Of a stretch of DNA of 64,000 bases, positions 1-10,040 are shown one piece after another (the first letter of the stretch is position 1; each line of letters begins with the position of its first letter). The stretch comes from Gammaproteobacteria bacterium (GTDB lineage: Bacteria > Pseudomonadota > Gammaproteobacteria > CBDBNL01 > JAAOII01). A model generated the notes under the pieces. That model saw only the letters and a list, made by a program, of their open reading frames with translations. It did not search any database and was not told the DNA's origin. The translations under genes were made by a program, and so were the position numbers. The stretch is taken from contig CBDBPY010000001.1 in the NCBI GenBank assembly GCA_965209035.1, forward strand, positions 1 to 64,000, given 5' to 3'.

Positions 1-3000
1 TCGATGACGCTTGTCGTGAAGTAAAACGAAAGCCGTTTTTTCGTCCCCGCCATATTCTCGGCGATTGTCGTCTCGGTTATATCTCCGTCGGCGTTGGGAT
101 ACCTTGCGACAATCCGCCCGCCCGATTGGTCTGGCTGATAAATAAAACAAAGCGCCTTATCTGCGGCCTTCGAATTAATCAACAGCAAAACACCTTCGCC
201 CACAAACCCCGACTGGAAAGTTGCATCGACGACGACCATTCTCGCGGCATAAGACCCGGCCGGAAAGCGATCGATATCAATCCAATTGCCTGTGTCGTCG
301 GAATTGACAACAGGAGTCGGAAAGCGATTTGAAACCCCGAAAGTTTTCGCTTGATCCGTCGCCAGCGCGAGGTTCATCGCCGTCCGCCCCGCCGCCGTTG
401 TGGGGATATTATCGTCCGGCGCGAAGCCCGCGAAAAGCGGGTTTATCTCACCGGCAAAGTTGAAAACGGCGACATCGACAACCCGCGCGTTTTGGAAAAA
501 TTGATGAAGCAACAGCGCGTCGGGCTTCGATACAAAGCCCCATTCGACAAAAGCGGCGATTTGCGCGCGAGTCAAAAACGCCCGATCTTTCGATTCGATA
601 ATCGACGCGGCCGGCACTTGGAAAAGTTCCGACGCGACAAGCGAATCAATCCGTATTGTGCCTCCAAAAAGTTGCCCGCCCACGCCGAAAGCGCGAGTCA
701 AGTTAATCGTGTAAACAACGAAGCCATTGAGCGCGGCGTTCGCGTCCGCAACCTCGATATCCGTTTCTTGCGAATCTTCGGGGGGAAAGAACCGAATGAA
801 GCGCGGATCGAAGTGCGCGGAATTTGGCAACGCGAAAGAAACTCGCCCCATAATTCCGTGAAAAAGATTTTCTGGATTGCCGACCGCATAATCATTTTGG
901 CTGCTCGTCGGCTCGCCCGCGCGAATCAACACCAATCCGGCATACGGCGTTGATTCCGTCGCCGTCGACGAATTCGCCGTGAATACCTCCGCCGCCGCCA
1001 CCAACGCCGCCGGCAACGAAATCGCCGCCGTCGAATGAATCAATCGCAAAATCTCCGGCGATAAATTAGACACATTGACGCGCAACCGCTCCGCCAAAGA
1101 ATAATCGTGCGCGATTGTCGCCGCCTGCAATTGAAAGACGACAATGCCGGAGATAAAAACCGTCGCCCGCGCCCGCACCCGCTCATTGCGGGCCACCGCC
1201 CAAACGCCGTCGGTCGTAAAGTCGTCGGCGGATAAGCGCGCCAATGTCTCGCCGTCGCGGGTCAGCCGCAAAAACTGCCCTTGCGCCAAAGGCGACGACA
1301 AAACGATGAATACCGCGCCGCTATTGGAGTTGCTGATTGATCCGTTGGCCGCGCCAATCGCCACCAGCCCGCCTGCATCGCTGTCGCCGATTTGCCCCGC
1401 GCCTGTCCATAACCAAATATTGAGATCGTCGCCGTCGTCGGAATCGGAATAAATGGTATCGATTTGGCGGGCGATAACGCGCTCCAATTCCGCGCGATTT
1501 TCGCTCGCAATCGCCAAGGCGTTCGTCGCCGTCGCCCGCGCCGTTTCGTCCTCGCCACTGCCGCCGCCAGCATTTTGCGCCGCCGTCAATGCCGCCGCCG
1601 CCGCATTCCGCGCGGTTTGGTCGACCGCATACTTCGCAAAATAAGCGTTCTCGCGCCCAATCAAAGCAACCCTGCGCTCATCGTCGTCAAATTTTATTCC
1701 CGCCGTCGATAACGCCGCGCCGTCAAACGCCGCGTCGCCGCCCGCCACTTCGATATCCCAGGTTTGACCGTCGAGTGTCCAAATCTGACGAGCATCGTTC
1801 TCACTATTCCCAACAACAAAATCGTCGTCGACAAGAGACACATTTACTTGTGAAGATTCGCCTATTTTTACGCCATTGATGAAATACTCGCCAATGCCTG
1901 TCGTGCGATCAACCAAAAACGCAAAATATAAATCCTCCCTCGCATTGATTGATGCCTCGGAATTATCATCTGGAGGGCCAAAAAAAATGCTCTCGTCAGA
2001 AATATAAAGTGTGTATCTGGCTGTCGTAAAATAAAAAAATGTCGGTGACCCATTTTCCCAGGCAAAAACACTCCCCCCCCCCCGAATCGCCCAATACCGC
2101 TTCGATTCCCAATCAATCCCCCTGACACGAATCCCTTCGGCAATATCCGAATCGCCCTCGTTAATCGGCTGATACAAAAGCCGCCCGCTTGAATACGCGG
2201 GCAATGTCGGCGCGCCCTCAATCGTTATGCCGCTGGCAAACTCGCTTGCTTCGCCAACGCTCGAAGCCGCCACGATAACGCCTCGATCGACACCACCGCC
2301 GCCTGCCGCCGCAATAAGCGCGGATATCGCCGTCGCCGTCAAAAAATTAGCGTTCGCCGCCGCGATAAGCGCCGATACTTGCGACTCGTCCAAACCCAAA
2401 TCCAGCCCGTCAATTCTCGCGTTGATTGCGGTTATGTCGCCCGCAAAATCCTCGGCCGCGATTGCCTTCAACGCCTCCACCTGCTCGTCCGAAAATCTTG
2501 TTGCGAAATAAGCCGCCGCCATCGCCGCAAAAACAGCGGGATCGATCGTGCCGCCGCCGCCCGCCGCCGTCAATTCCGCTTTCAGCGCCGCCGACAAATT
2601 ATCGCGCCCGACTTCCACATAAGACCGCATTCGCAACGCAAAATCGGAATCAAGCATTTGCAACCGAAGCAACTTCGGATTCTCTTGAGTCCCCGCGAAA
2701 GAAAGCGTCGTCCGCGTCCGAAACACCGCAAGCGGAAACTGCTGTCCTGATTGATGTGTGTAGAAAGTGGTGATCGGCAACCGCTCAAAATTCGCCGCCG
2801 TAAGCCGCGTCGGTAATCCCGACAAAGAATCAAAAAGAATCGACTCGTTCGCCCGCAACTGCCGATTAAGCCCCAAATACACAGGCGCTCTCTGGTAAAT
2901 CCGAAGTTGCGATTGCCCTATCGTATTAAGACGAAACTCATTGCCGGCCTCGTTTCGGGGTATGAGTTGGCGATCCGCGTCGAAATATGTAAAAATCAAA

Positions 3001-3527
3001 TCCGTCCCCGGATCCGGATTCGTCCCTGACAATGGATTTTCGGTAATCTCTCCCGCCGCAAAATCCGCTATCGCGTCCGTTTTGTTGTAAGCGTCCACCG
3101 CGTAAGCCCGCGTCGCTCCCTCCGTGTCCGCAAACGCCGCGTCAATCAACGCTTGGATTTGCGTTTGGCTGATAAAATGCTCGACCGCAGTATCGATTAA
3201 TGCCTGTATTTGCGGCTCGGTCAAGCCAATATCCGCGAAAAACTCCGCGAAAAACGCCCGAATCTGCTCCTTCGTAAATCCACCCTCGCCGCCTCCTCCT
3301 AAACCATTATCTCCCAACCAAGCGACAAATCTCTCAATCGTTATTTTTTCAAGAGCGCCGCCAATCTCGCCGCCAAATAAAACCAACGATCTGTCCGCCG
3401 CCCCAACTACTTCCGCTCCCGCCCTTAAATCTCGCGCCGTCGCCTTTGGAGTAAAAAGCGGAAATTCGCCGGGACTTGTTTCCGCCTGAATCCTCTCCTC
3501 GAATCCTTGCGTGATAGCGATCGGCAT
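1..3527 (-). CDS. Large tail fibre / receptor-binding-like protein, runs off the left edge (>1175 aa)
   Basis: Translated by hand because it is missing from the ORF track: ATG at 3527 (MPIAITQGFEER...) stays open to position 1. Ala/Gly-rich linkers (GGGG, QIQALID repeats) alternate with beta-rich domains, including a LamG-like YFINGVKIG segment. Confidence 0.7.
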   Translation of the reverse strand, partial: MPIAITQGFEERIQAETSPGEFPLFTPKATARDLRAGAEVVGAADRSLVLFGGEIGGALEKITIERFVAWLGDNGLGGGGEGGFTKEQIRAFFAEFFADIGLTEPQIQALIDTAVEHFISQTQIQALIDAAFADTEGATRAYAVDAYNKTDAIADFAAGEITENPLSGTNPDPGTDLIFTYFDADRQLIPRNEAGNEFRLNTIGQSQLRIYQRAPVYLGLNRQLRANESILFDSLSGLPTRLTAANFERLPITTFYTHQSGQQFPLAVFRTRTTLSFAGTQENPKLLRLQMLDSDFALRMRSYVEVGRDNLSAALKAELTAAGGGGTIDPAVFAAMAAAYFATRFSDEQVEALKAIAAEDFAGDITAINARIDGLDLGLDESQVSALIAAANANFLTATAISALIAAAGGGGVDRGVIVAASSVGEASEFASGITIEGAPTLPAYSSGRLLYQPINEGDSDIAEGIRVRGIDWESKRYWAIRGGGSVFAWENGSPTFFYFTTARYTLYISDESIFFGPPDDNSEASINAREDLYFAFLVDRTTGIGEYFINGVKIGESSQVNVSLVDDDFVVGNSENDARQIWTLDGQTWDIEVAGGDAAFDGAALSTAGIKFDDDERRVALIGRENAYFAKYAVDQTARNAAAAALTAAQNAGGGSGEDETARATATNALAIASENRAELERVIARQIDTIYSDSDDGDDLNIWLWTGAGQIGDSDAGGLVAIGAANGSISNSNSGAVFIVLSSPLAQGQFLRLTRDGETLARLSADDFTTDGVWAVARNERVRARATVFISGIVVFQLQAATIAHDYSLAERLRVNVSNLSPEILRLIHSTAAISLPAALVAAAEVFTANSSTATESTPYAGLVLIRAGEPTSSQNDYAVGNPENLFHGIMGRVSFALPNSAHFDPRFIRFFPPEDSQETDIEVADANAALNGFVVYTINLTRAFGVGGQLFGGTIRIDSLVASELFQVPAASIIESKDRAFLTRAQIAAFVEWGFVSKPDALLLHQFFQNARVVDVAVFNFAGEINPLFAGFAPDDNIPTTAAGRTAMNLALATDQAKTFGVSNRFPTPVVNSDDTGNWIDIDRFPAGSYAARMVVVDATFQSGFVGEGVLLLINSKAADKALCFIYQPDQSGGRIVARYPNADGDITETTIAENMAGTKKRLSFYFTTSVI

Positions 3528-3534
3528 TTTGTTT

Positions 3535-3882
3535 TTAGCGTTGCCCGGCTACCCGCGCGATTGTCGTCGCCTCAATGACGATTTTTTTCGTCAACGCACT
3601 CACGACCACCACGATAAAACGACATTCCAACGGCGCGTAAAACTCCACTTTGTCCCAAGCGTCCGCCGTCCATTCTTTCGCAACCCGCCATTCCGAATCG
3701 CTAAAACCCTGCCGCGCCTGCAACTGCACCTTTGCACCCGCCGTGATTCCCGTTATGCTTATGTCCGCACCCCCCCTCGAAGAGAATTCGGCGAATTCGC
3801 AATCCGCCGATGCCCCGATTGGGACATCTCCACGAAACTGATCCGTTTCGTTAATAGACACAAACCTCGAACTGCCTGCCAT
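3535..3882 (-). CDS. Hypothetical small beta-rich protein, possibly virion-associated
   Basis: ORF between TerL and the tail fibre; ATG 3882 lies 7 nt after a TAAAAT box. Confidence 0.6.
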   Translation of the reverse strand: MAGSSRFVSINETDQFRGDVPIGASADCEFAEFSSRGGADISITGITAGAKVQLQARQGFSDSEWRVAKEWTADAWDKVEFYAPLECRFIVVVVSALTKKIVIEATTIARVAGQR

Positions 3883-3915
3883 AACCCCCATTTTACAACA
3901 TACCCCCGCCGCGAA

Positions 3916-5565
3916 TCAACCGCGAATCAATCCCGATCTTTCGCCCGATCGCCCCCGCAAATGATCCCGAATCCCAACGATTTGACCACCCCCCAAAAAA
4001 CCATTCGCATAAGCGACCGCGAAAATTTCGAACGCCTTCCCCAGATGATTCGCTTCGTCGTGCGGCTGTAATTCCGCAATCACAGCGTCCGAATTCGGCA
4101 AATGCCGCCGCCGCAAAGTGTCCAACGACGACACCAAATCGATCGCCCGATTCGGATCGATCCGAACCCTCTCCATCACATCTTGCATCGCCATAAACGC
4201 CCCCGATTGCTTATTCACAACCGACCTAACCGAAGGCATTGGGCGGGCGGGAACGCCGGCCTTGCGAAAAGCGTCAAGCACGGTAAAGTCCACCTTATCC
4301 GTCAACTTCTGCGCGACGAAGTTTTTCGCCGCGCTGTCGTGCGGCACGAAATTATTAACCAAATTCAGTTTCAAACTCGCCAGCACACTCAAAAAATACG
4401 ACAACCTCTCCCCGCTCGCCCTTACCGCGAAAGGAATATTAAACCACCCGTCGCCGCAATCCTGAACGACAATAAACGCCGTAGAATCCCGCCAGCCCAA
4501 ATCCCAAAACGCCCAACTGCGTAATGTCGACGAAAGCGGTAAATCTTTTATCCGTCCGTCCGCCCGCGCCAGATTCATCTGTTGTAATAACACATAACGC
4601 GCCGGATCGCCGCCGTGCATATCAGCCAGACACCAAGGGTGTTCTTGTATCGCCCTGTCCGTGTTGCCCTGCGCATCCTGTGTCATTCGCTGATTCCACC
4701 ATCGGAATTGCGATTCGCTCACCACAACACCGTGCGCTGTCTCTCTTTTCTCACGAATTTTCACCGCCTCCGGAACCGGGATAATTCGCTTGTCATCATT
4801 CACATTTTGTGTCTTTTGCCACCAATAAGTGGGCGACAAAACCCAAGAATCAGGCGGTATATCTTCAAGTTGGCGCGGCGGATCTTCCAAAACAATCGAT
4901 TTTTTCACCATATCCGCGAAAAGATTCGAAGATCCATAAGGCGTTGTCTCCATCCATAGATAGCCGTATTCCGCCGCCGCCGCGCTCCCATCAACACTCT
5001 CGCGGAATTTCGGCGGAAACCATTCCGCCGTGATTGCCGCCTCCGTCCAAAGCACAACGCTAAATGTTCCACTCCGCGCCGTGCTCGCGCAATCTATCAC
5101 GCCGCCGCTTCGCGGAAAACGAATCGTCTGCTTTGTGATTTCTGGATTTAACATCGAAAAAAATTCGGAGTCACGGGCAATCGCAACGAACCGATTCTGC
5201 ATTGTGTCGATCGCTTTCGGCGCGTTAAAATTAATCACCACCGCCGAAAAATTGCGCTCAATCGCCGCCCGAAACAGCAACCAAATCGCCGCCAGCGTCG
5301 TCATAAAAACCTGCCGCGACTTCAACGATATCAATCTCCGATGCCGGCCAAGAATGTATATCGCCCGCGCGTGGTGCGCGCTTGGCACGAAAGGCCTCAC
5401 TTGCTTTGTCGCAACATCCACGACGCAAAAAGCCCCCGCCCGCAACAACCGCCAAAAAAACCGAAACGGATTCCGCACCCCTTCTGCCAGCCACTCCGAT
5501 TCAAGAGCCGCGAAAATCTCCGCGTCAATCTCCTCGGCCGGCCGGATTGTCTTTTGCTCCATCAT
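3916..5565 (-). CDS. terL: Terminase large subunit
   Basis: Walker A-like LKSRQVFMTT, Walker B VLWTEAA, coupling motif ETTPYG, nuclease motifs FWDLGWRDSTA and FVPHD; start refined to MMEQK. Confidence 0.88.
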   Translation of the reverse strand: MMEQKTIRPAEEIDAEIFAALESEWLAEGVRNPFRFFWRLLRAGAFCVVDVATKQVRPFVPSAHHARAIYILGRHRRLISLKSRQVFMTTLAAIWLLFRAAIERNFSAVVINFNAPKAIDTMQNRFVAIARDSEFFSMLNPEITKQTIRFPRSGGVIDCASTARSGTFSVVLWTEAAITAEWFPPKFRESVDGSAAAAEYGYLWMETTPYGSSNLFADMVKKSIVLEDPPRQLEDIPPDSWVLSPTYWWQKTQNVNDDKRIIPVPEAVKIREKRETAHGVVVSESQFRWWNQRMTQDAQGNTDRAIQEHPWCLADMHGGDPARYVLLQQMNLARADGRIKDLPLSSTLRSWAFWDLGWRDSTAFIVVQDCGDGWFNIPFAVRASGERLSYFLSVLASLKLNLVNNFVPHDSAAKNFVAQKLTDKVDFTVLDAFRKAGVPARPMPSVRSVVNKQSGAFMAMQDVMERVRIDPNRAIDLVSSLDTLRRRHLPNSDAVIAELQPHDEANHLGKAFEIFAVAYANGFLGGGQIVGIRDHLRGRSGERSGLIRG

Positions 5566-6256
5566 CGAGCGGGATTTTATCACCACCGTCAGCCACGAAA
5601 CGGCAAAATATCGGATACCGCATATCATAACGCGACATCCCGCGCGACTCCAACCCCTTCGCCCGACGACGAAGCATCGCCCGATACACATCGCCCGTCG
5701 AACACTCCGCGCACTTGCGCAACGAATTCCAAATCGGTCGTCTCCCGCAATTTACGCATATCGAACCCTCAATCCTCCTTCTGCGGTAAGCAACGCTGTA
5801 AAGATTCATCCTCGTCGCGCACTTCTCACAACGAATTAACGACACGCCGTCACGAATCGCCGGCGCACCGCCGCAACCAATGCATTGCCCCGAATCTTTC
5901 CGCGCGTTGTAGGTTTTCATCACCATTCCTGAAAACCTCCCTCGATTACGCGCGCGATACGCCTTATTGCTCTCCTCTTTACGACGCGCGCAAGGCAAGC
6001 ACAAACGACGACCCTCGCGCGGCGTAGTTCCCCCGCATTTCACGCACAGTCCCGCTTCAATCCTCTTTATCCGAACTTCATTCGCCCGCACCCTGTCGTA
6101 TTCGCGCCACCTCTCCCCACCTCTCTTGTCGAGACAAACCTGACAAGTCCGCTTTCCCAAAACAGCATCACGGCAAAGGCAACGACCGCACAGCCCCAAA
6201 GACCTCGCGTAATCGCGCGACGCTTTCGCGTCCCTTGCCGCCGTTTTCCTACTCAC
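5525..6256 (-). CDS. Basic protein with four tandem CxxC...CxxC zinc-ribbon repeats
   Basis: CGRC/CQVC, CVKC/CLPC, CIGC/CEKC and CVNC/CAEC; GTG start overlaps the upstream TGA (GTGA). Confidence 0.7.
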   Translation of the reverse strand: MSRKTAARDAKASRDYARSLGLCGRCLCRDAVLGKRTCQVCLDKRGGERWREYDRVRANEVRIKRIEAGLCVKCGGTTPREGRRLCLPCARRKEESNKAYRARNRGRFSGMVMKTYNARKDSGQCIGCGGAPAIRDGVSLIRCEKCATRMNLYSVAYRRRRIEGSICVNCGRRPIWNSLRKCAECSTGDVYRAMLRRRAKGLESRGMSRYDMRYPIFCRFVADGGDKIPLDDGAKDNPAGRGD

Positions 6257-7467
6257 AGCGGCAACGGCCGATTCACCCGACCAACCGCCTCCCTGTGCCA
6301 CATCTCCGAACGCGCGTCTAAATCGATCGACACCCATCGCCGGCCAAGCGATTCCGCCGCCGCCGCCGTCGTCCCGCTTCCACCGAACGGATCGAACACC
6401 AAATCCCCCGCCCTCGTCGAAAGCAAAATGCACCTACGCGGCAACTCCGAATTGAAAGCCGCAAAATGCTCGGATCGGTTTTGCGCCGTCGGCATCGACC
6501 AAACATTTCGACAAACCCGAATCGGCGGCTTGGCGCTCCCATCGTGCCTACCTCCCCCCTCTATCCGATAGCGACACGCCCGATCCCTATCCACTCTCGC
6601 CAACTCCGATTTCGTCGGAATCGCCCTCATTCTCGCCGTCCGAACCGACTTTCCAGCCGTCGCTTCCATCGCGCCCAAACTCGTATCCGCGTATTTATGC
6701 TTCGCGCTCCTACCCCTCTTTTCCCGCTCCTGACTCGCCTGCGACACTTCCAGCGCGTAGCCGTCCGCGTCCCAATAATAACGCGGGCATTTCGTCGCCA
6801 ATATAATCACCTCGTATTGGTCGTGCGGGCGATCCGCCTCGCGCGGTTGCCTCGCTTTCTCCTCACCCGTCGCCGCGTCAGTTTTAATCGGCGCGTTGCG
6901 ACGAATCCATTCCGCCCCCAACGGAGTCACCGTCGACTCCGGCGCGGGATTCGTCTTGCTCCAAATTATCTGCGAACGAATTATCCACCCGTCGGCCTGC
7001 AACGCCAACGCAATCCTTTGCGGAATCAAAGTCAACGACTTCGCCCGAATCGTATCGTGCTTACGATCCGTCGGCGCAATCTGCCCCTTTTCGACAACGC
7101 GCGTTTTTTGGCGGCAATAAGTGTCGCCGCCGCCCCGCCGCTTCTCCATCTTTTCAGGATTCGGCGAACCGCTCGCCCCCTTGCCGCGCCAGTAAGAATC
7201 GCCGATATTCCAAAACATCGCCCCATCATCGCGCAACACGCGCCAGCACTCCCCCCAAACTTCCCGCAAAGCGCAAACAAAGCAATCCCCGCACGGCGAC
7301 TCCGCCCGCGCCCACGCCAAACAATCAGGCGAAGATTCCAAACCAATCTCGCTCTCACCGCCCAAGTATCTCCTCAACCCAAAAAACGGCGGCGAAGTGA
7401 TTATTGACTGCACCGAACCCGACCCAATCTCCTTAATTCTCTCGCGCACATCGCCAACCAAAATCAC
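6253..7467 (-). CDS. DNA N4-cytosine/N6-adenine methyltransferase (beta class)
   Basis: ITSPPF catalytic motif, IIWSKTNPAPES, HFAAF and DPFGGSGTT SAM motif; GTGA-coupled start. Confidence 0.92.
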   Translation of the reverse strand: MILVGDVRERIKEIGSGSVQSIITSPPFFGLRRYLGGESEIGLESSPDCLAWARAESPCGDCFVCALREVWGECWRVLRDDGAMFWNIGDSYWRGKGASGSPNPEKMEKRRGGGDTYCRQKTRVVEKGQIAPTDRKHDTIRAKSLTLIPQRIALALQADGWIIRSQIIWSKTNPAPESTVTPLGAEWIRRNAPIKTDAATGEEKARQPREADRPHDQYEVIILATKCPRYYWDADGYALEVSQASQEREKRGRSAKHKYADTSLGAMEATAGKSVRTARMRAIPTKSELARVDRDRACRYRIEGGGRHDGSAKPPIRVCRNVWSMPTAQNRSEHFAAFNSELPRRCILLSTRAGDLVFDPFGGSGTTAAAAESLGRRWVSIDLDARSEMWHREAVGRVNRPLPL

Positions 7468-8123
7468 TTCACACCTCCAAGCGGCAACGACTCGCCCTTC
7501 ACATCCAGGCCGTAATCTCCCGCGCGCGTATGTTTCGCCTTCTCGTTTGGCGCAAACCAGCGAATCTCGCCAACTCCACCAGGCCGCCAGATGAACCACG
7601 CGTGGCAGTGCGCCGAATTGCACTCCGGCCTCAATTCGCCCGCCCAAAAATTAATCCGCTCCGGATACACGCACACTATCGGCGGATGATTTTGGAAAAG
7701 AGAATGACGACCCTTTCCCTCGACAAATTGCACCCTCACCAAAAAACAAATCTCAATATCGGGGTTTTGACTCCGAAACGAATGCGCGTGCCGGCAAAAA
7801 CTCTCCGCAAGCGAAAACGGCGGATTCGTGATAATCCGATTGACACCCGAAGGCATTTCTTTCGCCCGCAGAAAATCAACGCCGCGCTCGCCGAATTCGT
7901 AATCTCCAATATCAGAAGCGATTACATCGCACCCGAATTCGGATAGAACACACGCCATCGCGCCATCGCCGCAGGCCGGCTCCCACACGACATCTCCGGC
8001 GCGCAAGCCGATTAACAGGGCTAACGATCGACTAACCCAAGGCGGCGTAGGATAAAAATCACGCGGGGATACATCTCCCTCCGCTTTCCGCGCGACACAG
8101 CGAGCAGAGCGCGAAACCCTCAT
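7464..8123 (-). CDS. DNA N6-adenine methyltransferase (gamma class)
   Basis: DFYPTP, WEPACGDG and ITNPPF motifs. Confidence 0.88.
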   Translation of the reverse strand: MRVSRSARCVARKAEGDVSPRDFYPTPPWVSRSLALLIGLRAGDVVWEPACGDGAMACVLSEFGCDVIASDIGDYEFGERGVDFLRAKEMPSGVNRIITNPPFSLAESFCRHAHSFRSQNPDIEICFLVRVQFVEGKGRHSLFQNHPPIVCVYPERINFWAGELRPECNSAHCHAWFIWRPGGVGEIRWFAPNEKAKHTRAGDYGLDVKGESLPLGGVK

Positions 8124-8707
8124 TTTTTCGACACAATGACAGCCAATCTCGCCGCCAAACGAATCGAAAAATCACCCGACTTTCCCCCTTTCTCCATATT
8201 CTCCTCGGCCGTAATCCAACGAAGATTACGGACATTCCACCAAGCCAGCAACGACTTATCAAAATCGAAACCGCACGACGCGAAAACCAAACTCCACGGC
8301 GCGATATGGTCGATTTGATACCCCGCAGCCAGCGCGTTAGGGCGGGCAAGCATAATCCTCCTCCACGACTTCATTTGCCGAGCCGTCATTCCGACAAACT
8401 CGTCGTCCTTCGATCCGAGCAAGAGACGATACGCCTTCGAGCGCGAATACTCCTTTCTCTTCCTCTCATCGCCCCAAGACGACTCGCGCTCGCGGCGACG
8501 CGCGAGGTATTCCTCTTTCGATTGCGCCCGACGGCGATTAGCCCTCACCCGACCCTTGTTTGCCGCCCGATACCAACGGTGGTATGCCGCCCATAACGCC
8601 CTCTCTTCCTCGACCCCAAGATCGCGCGCACGGCGCTTTCTCCACAAGCGATGCCTTTCCTGCGACGACTTCGCCGGAAACATAATGTCAAATTGCCCCT
8701 TCATCAC
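8120..8707 (-). CDS. HNH endonuclease
   Basis: YQIDHIAP...NVRNLRWITAEENMEKG; Arg-rich N-terminus. Confidence 0.8.
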   Translation of the reverse strand: MMKGQFDIMFPAKSSQERHRLWRKRRARDLGVEEERALWAAYHRWYRAANKGRVRANRRRAQSKEEYLARRRERESSWGDERKRKEYSRSKAYRLLLGSKDDEFVGMTARQMKSWRRIMLARPNALAAGYQIDHIAPWSLVFASCGFDFDKSLLAWWNVRNLRWITAEENMEKGGKSGDFSIRLAARLAVIVSKK

Positions 8708-9183
8708 GACAGCGCGAACTCCTCGACCGCCGCCAGCAACTCTTCCTTCGATTGATATCTCACTCCCATCTTCCCGCAAAGGCGATAAGCCGAGTCCAAA
8801 GCCCGCGAGAAAAAGTCATCAAACTCCTTCTGCCCCATCGCCGCGTGGCTTATCGAAAGCGGAAAAGGAAGCAAACAGCCATTGACGGGGATTTTGACAA
8901 AATGCCCCGACCCCATTTTTATCATTCCCGACACGATTTCCTTACGCGCCGCCGCGTCCAAAACATTCGCCTCCGCGCCCGCAGGAGTCAAATCCAGTTG
9001 ATCCGCCAGCAACCCGATCAGCGCCCAATACTTCCTCGTCAGGCGATTATCACGCGGAACTCGAACATCGCAAGCGACAACCGCGCCCGCCTTCAATCGC
9101 TCCATCACCTTCTCACCGCTCGCGTCCGTCGGCGCAAGGCGGCGACCGCGCGGCGTTTCAACGACCGCGAAAAATGCTCTCAC
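8704..9183 (-). CDS. DUF1367/NinB-like recombination accessory protein
   Basis: RDNRLTRKYWALI...PLSISHAAMGQKEFDDFF pattern. Confidence 0.7.
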   Translation of the reverse strand: MRAFFAVVETPRGRRLAPTDASGEKVMERLKAGAVVACDVRVPRDNRLTRKYWALIGLLADQLDLTPAGAEANVLDAAARKEIVSGMIKMGSGHFVKIPVNGCLLPFPLSISHAAMGQKEFDDFFSRALDSAYRLCGKMGVRYQSKEELLAAVEEFALS

Positions 9184-9187
9184 GGGA

Positions 9188-9484
9188 TTAATCCGCGATC
9201 TGGATTTTTCGCGTTCTCGTTTCGAGTATGAAGCGCATCGGATAATCGCCCGCCTTCTTCATAACTTCGTCCCGCACGCGATTCCACAGATGCTCTCCAT
9301 ACTCGAAAGAGTGGCGAGCCACCGAAAACAAAGCGCCCGATCCATCGACCACAACCGGCGGGATCGATGCTCCGTCGCCTATCATTACGGTTAACACGCA
9401 GTAATACCGCGTCTCCGTCTCCTTATCGACGACGGATGATTTCGCGCTTCGGGCGCGCGTCGTTTGGGTTTTTTTCTTTTCCAT
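9188..9484 (-). CDS. Hypothetical protein (repeated-leader gene A)
   Basis: ATG GAA start behind the conserved GAGGAAAAATCAAAATG leader. Confidence 0.65.
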   Translation of the reverse strand: MEKKKTQTTRARSAKSSVVDKETETRYYCVLTVMIGDGASIPPVVVDGSGALFSVARHSFEYGEHLWNRVRDEVMKKAGDYPMRFILETRTRKIQIAD

Positions 9485-9559
9485 TTTGATTTTTCCTCGT
9501 TTTGGATTTGTCGCAATGCGCGACAAACATATTTTACACGCCCGAAGACGCGATTTCAA
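9482..9559 (-). promoter_or_regulatory. Sigma70 promoter, hairpin and conserved RBS leader (copy A)
   Basis: TTGAAA-17-TAAAAT, hairpin TTTGTCGC/GCGACAAA, then AAATCCAAAACGAGGAAAAATCAAAATGG. Confidence 0.75.
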
Positions 9560-10040
9560 AATAATTTCCCCCATCCTCGTCTTCGTCGAAAACCTCGACC
9601 ATCGCGTTGCCACCGCCGCGCAAATGACCGGCAAGCGGCGTGTATATTCGAAAATACGCATCGACGGATCTTTGCCCCACAAAATCACCCGCCTGATTAA
9701 ATGCCGCCAGAAGATTCGGCAACAAACAACCCGCCGTGTCTTTTTCGGCGTTGCCCGCGTGGATCAACACATACTCGAAATTCGGCACTTCTCGCAACCA
9801 CAGCATTCCGTAGTGCTTGCCGCCGAACTTCTTCGCGTATCTGCGATTGAACCCCCCAACCGTCCGAAGCGTCAAGAGATACTTACCGGAATCGATTCTC
9901 GTTTCGCCCGACACTTTTATCTCCCGCCGCTCATCCTCGATTCCGAAACAGCGCGCCCGAACTTTTTCTCCCTCCGTTAAAGTCATCACCGACAAAGTCG
10001 ATTGCGACGACGAAGCGATTCGATTGACCTTCAAAATCAT
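9534..10040 (-). CDS. DUF5675 family protein, putative endolysin/peptidase
   Basis: GETRIDSGKY...VPNFEYVLIHAGN...DTAGCLL motif. Confidence 0.8.
   Translation of the reverse strand: MILKVNRIASSSQSTLSVMTLTEGEKVRARCFGIEDERREIKVSGETRIDSGKYLLTLRTVGGFNRRYAKKFGGKHYGMLWLREVPNFEYVLIHAGNAEKDTAGCLLPNLLAAFNQAGDFVGQRSVDAYFRIYTPLAGHLRGGGNAMVEVFDEDEDGGNYFEIASSGV

Noticed and set aside
1800-2090. AT-rich patch as a DGR variable region
   Set aside because: No template repeat or reverse transcriptase was seen in the window.
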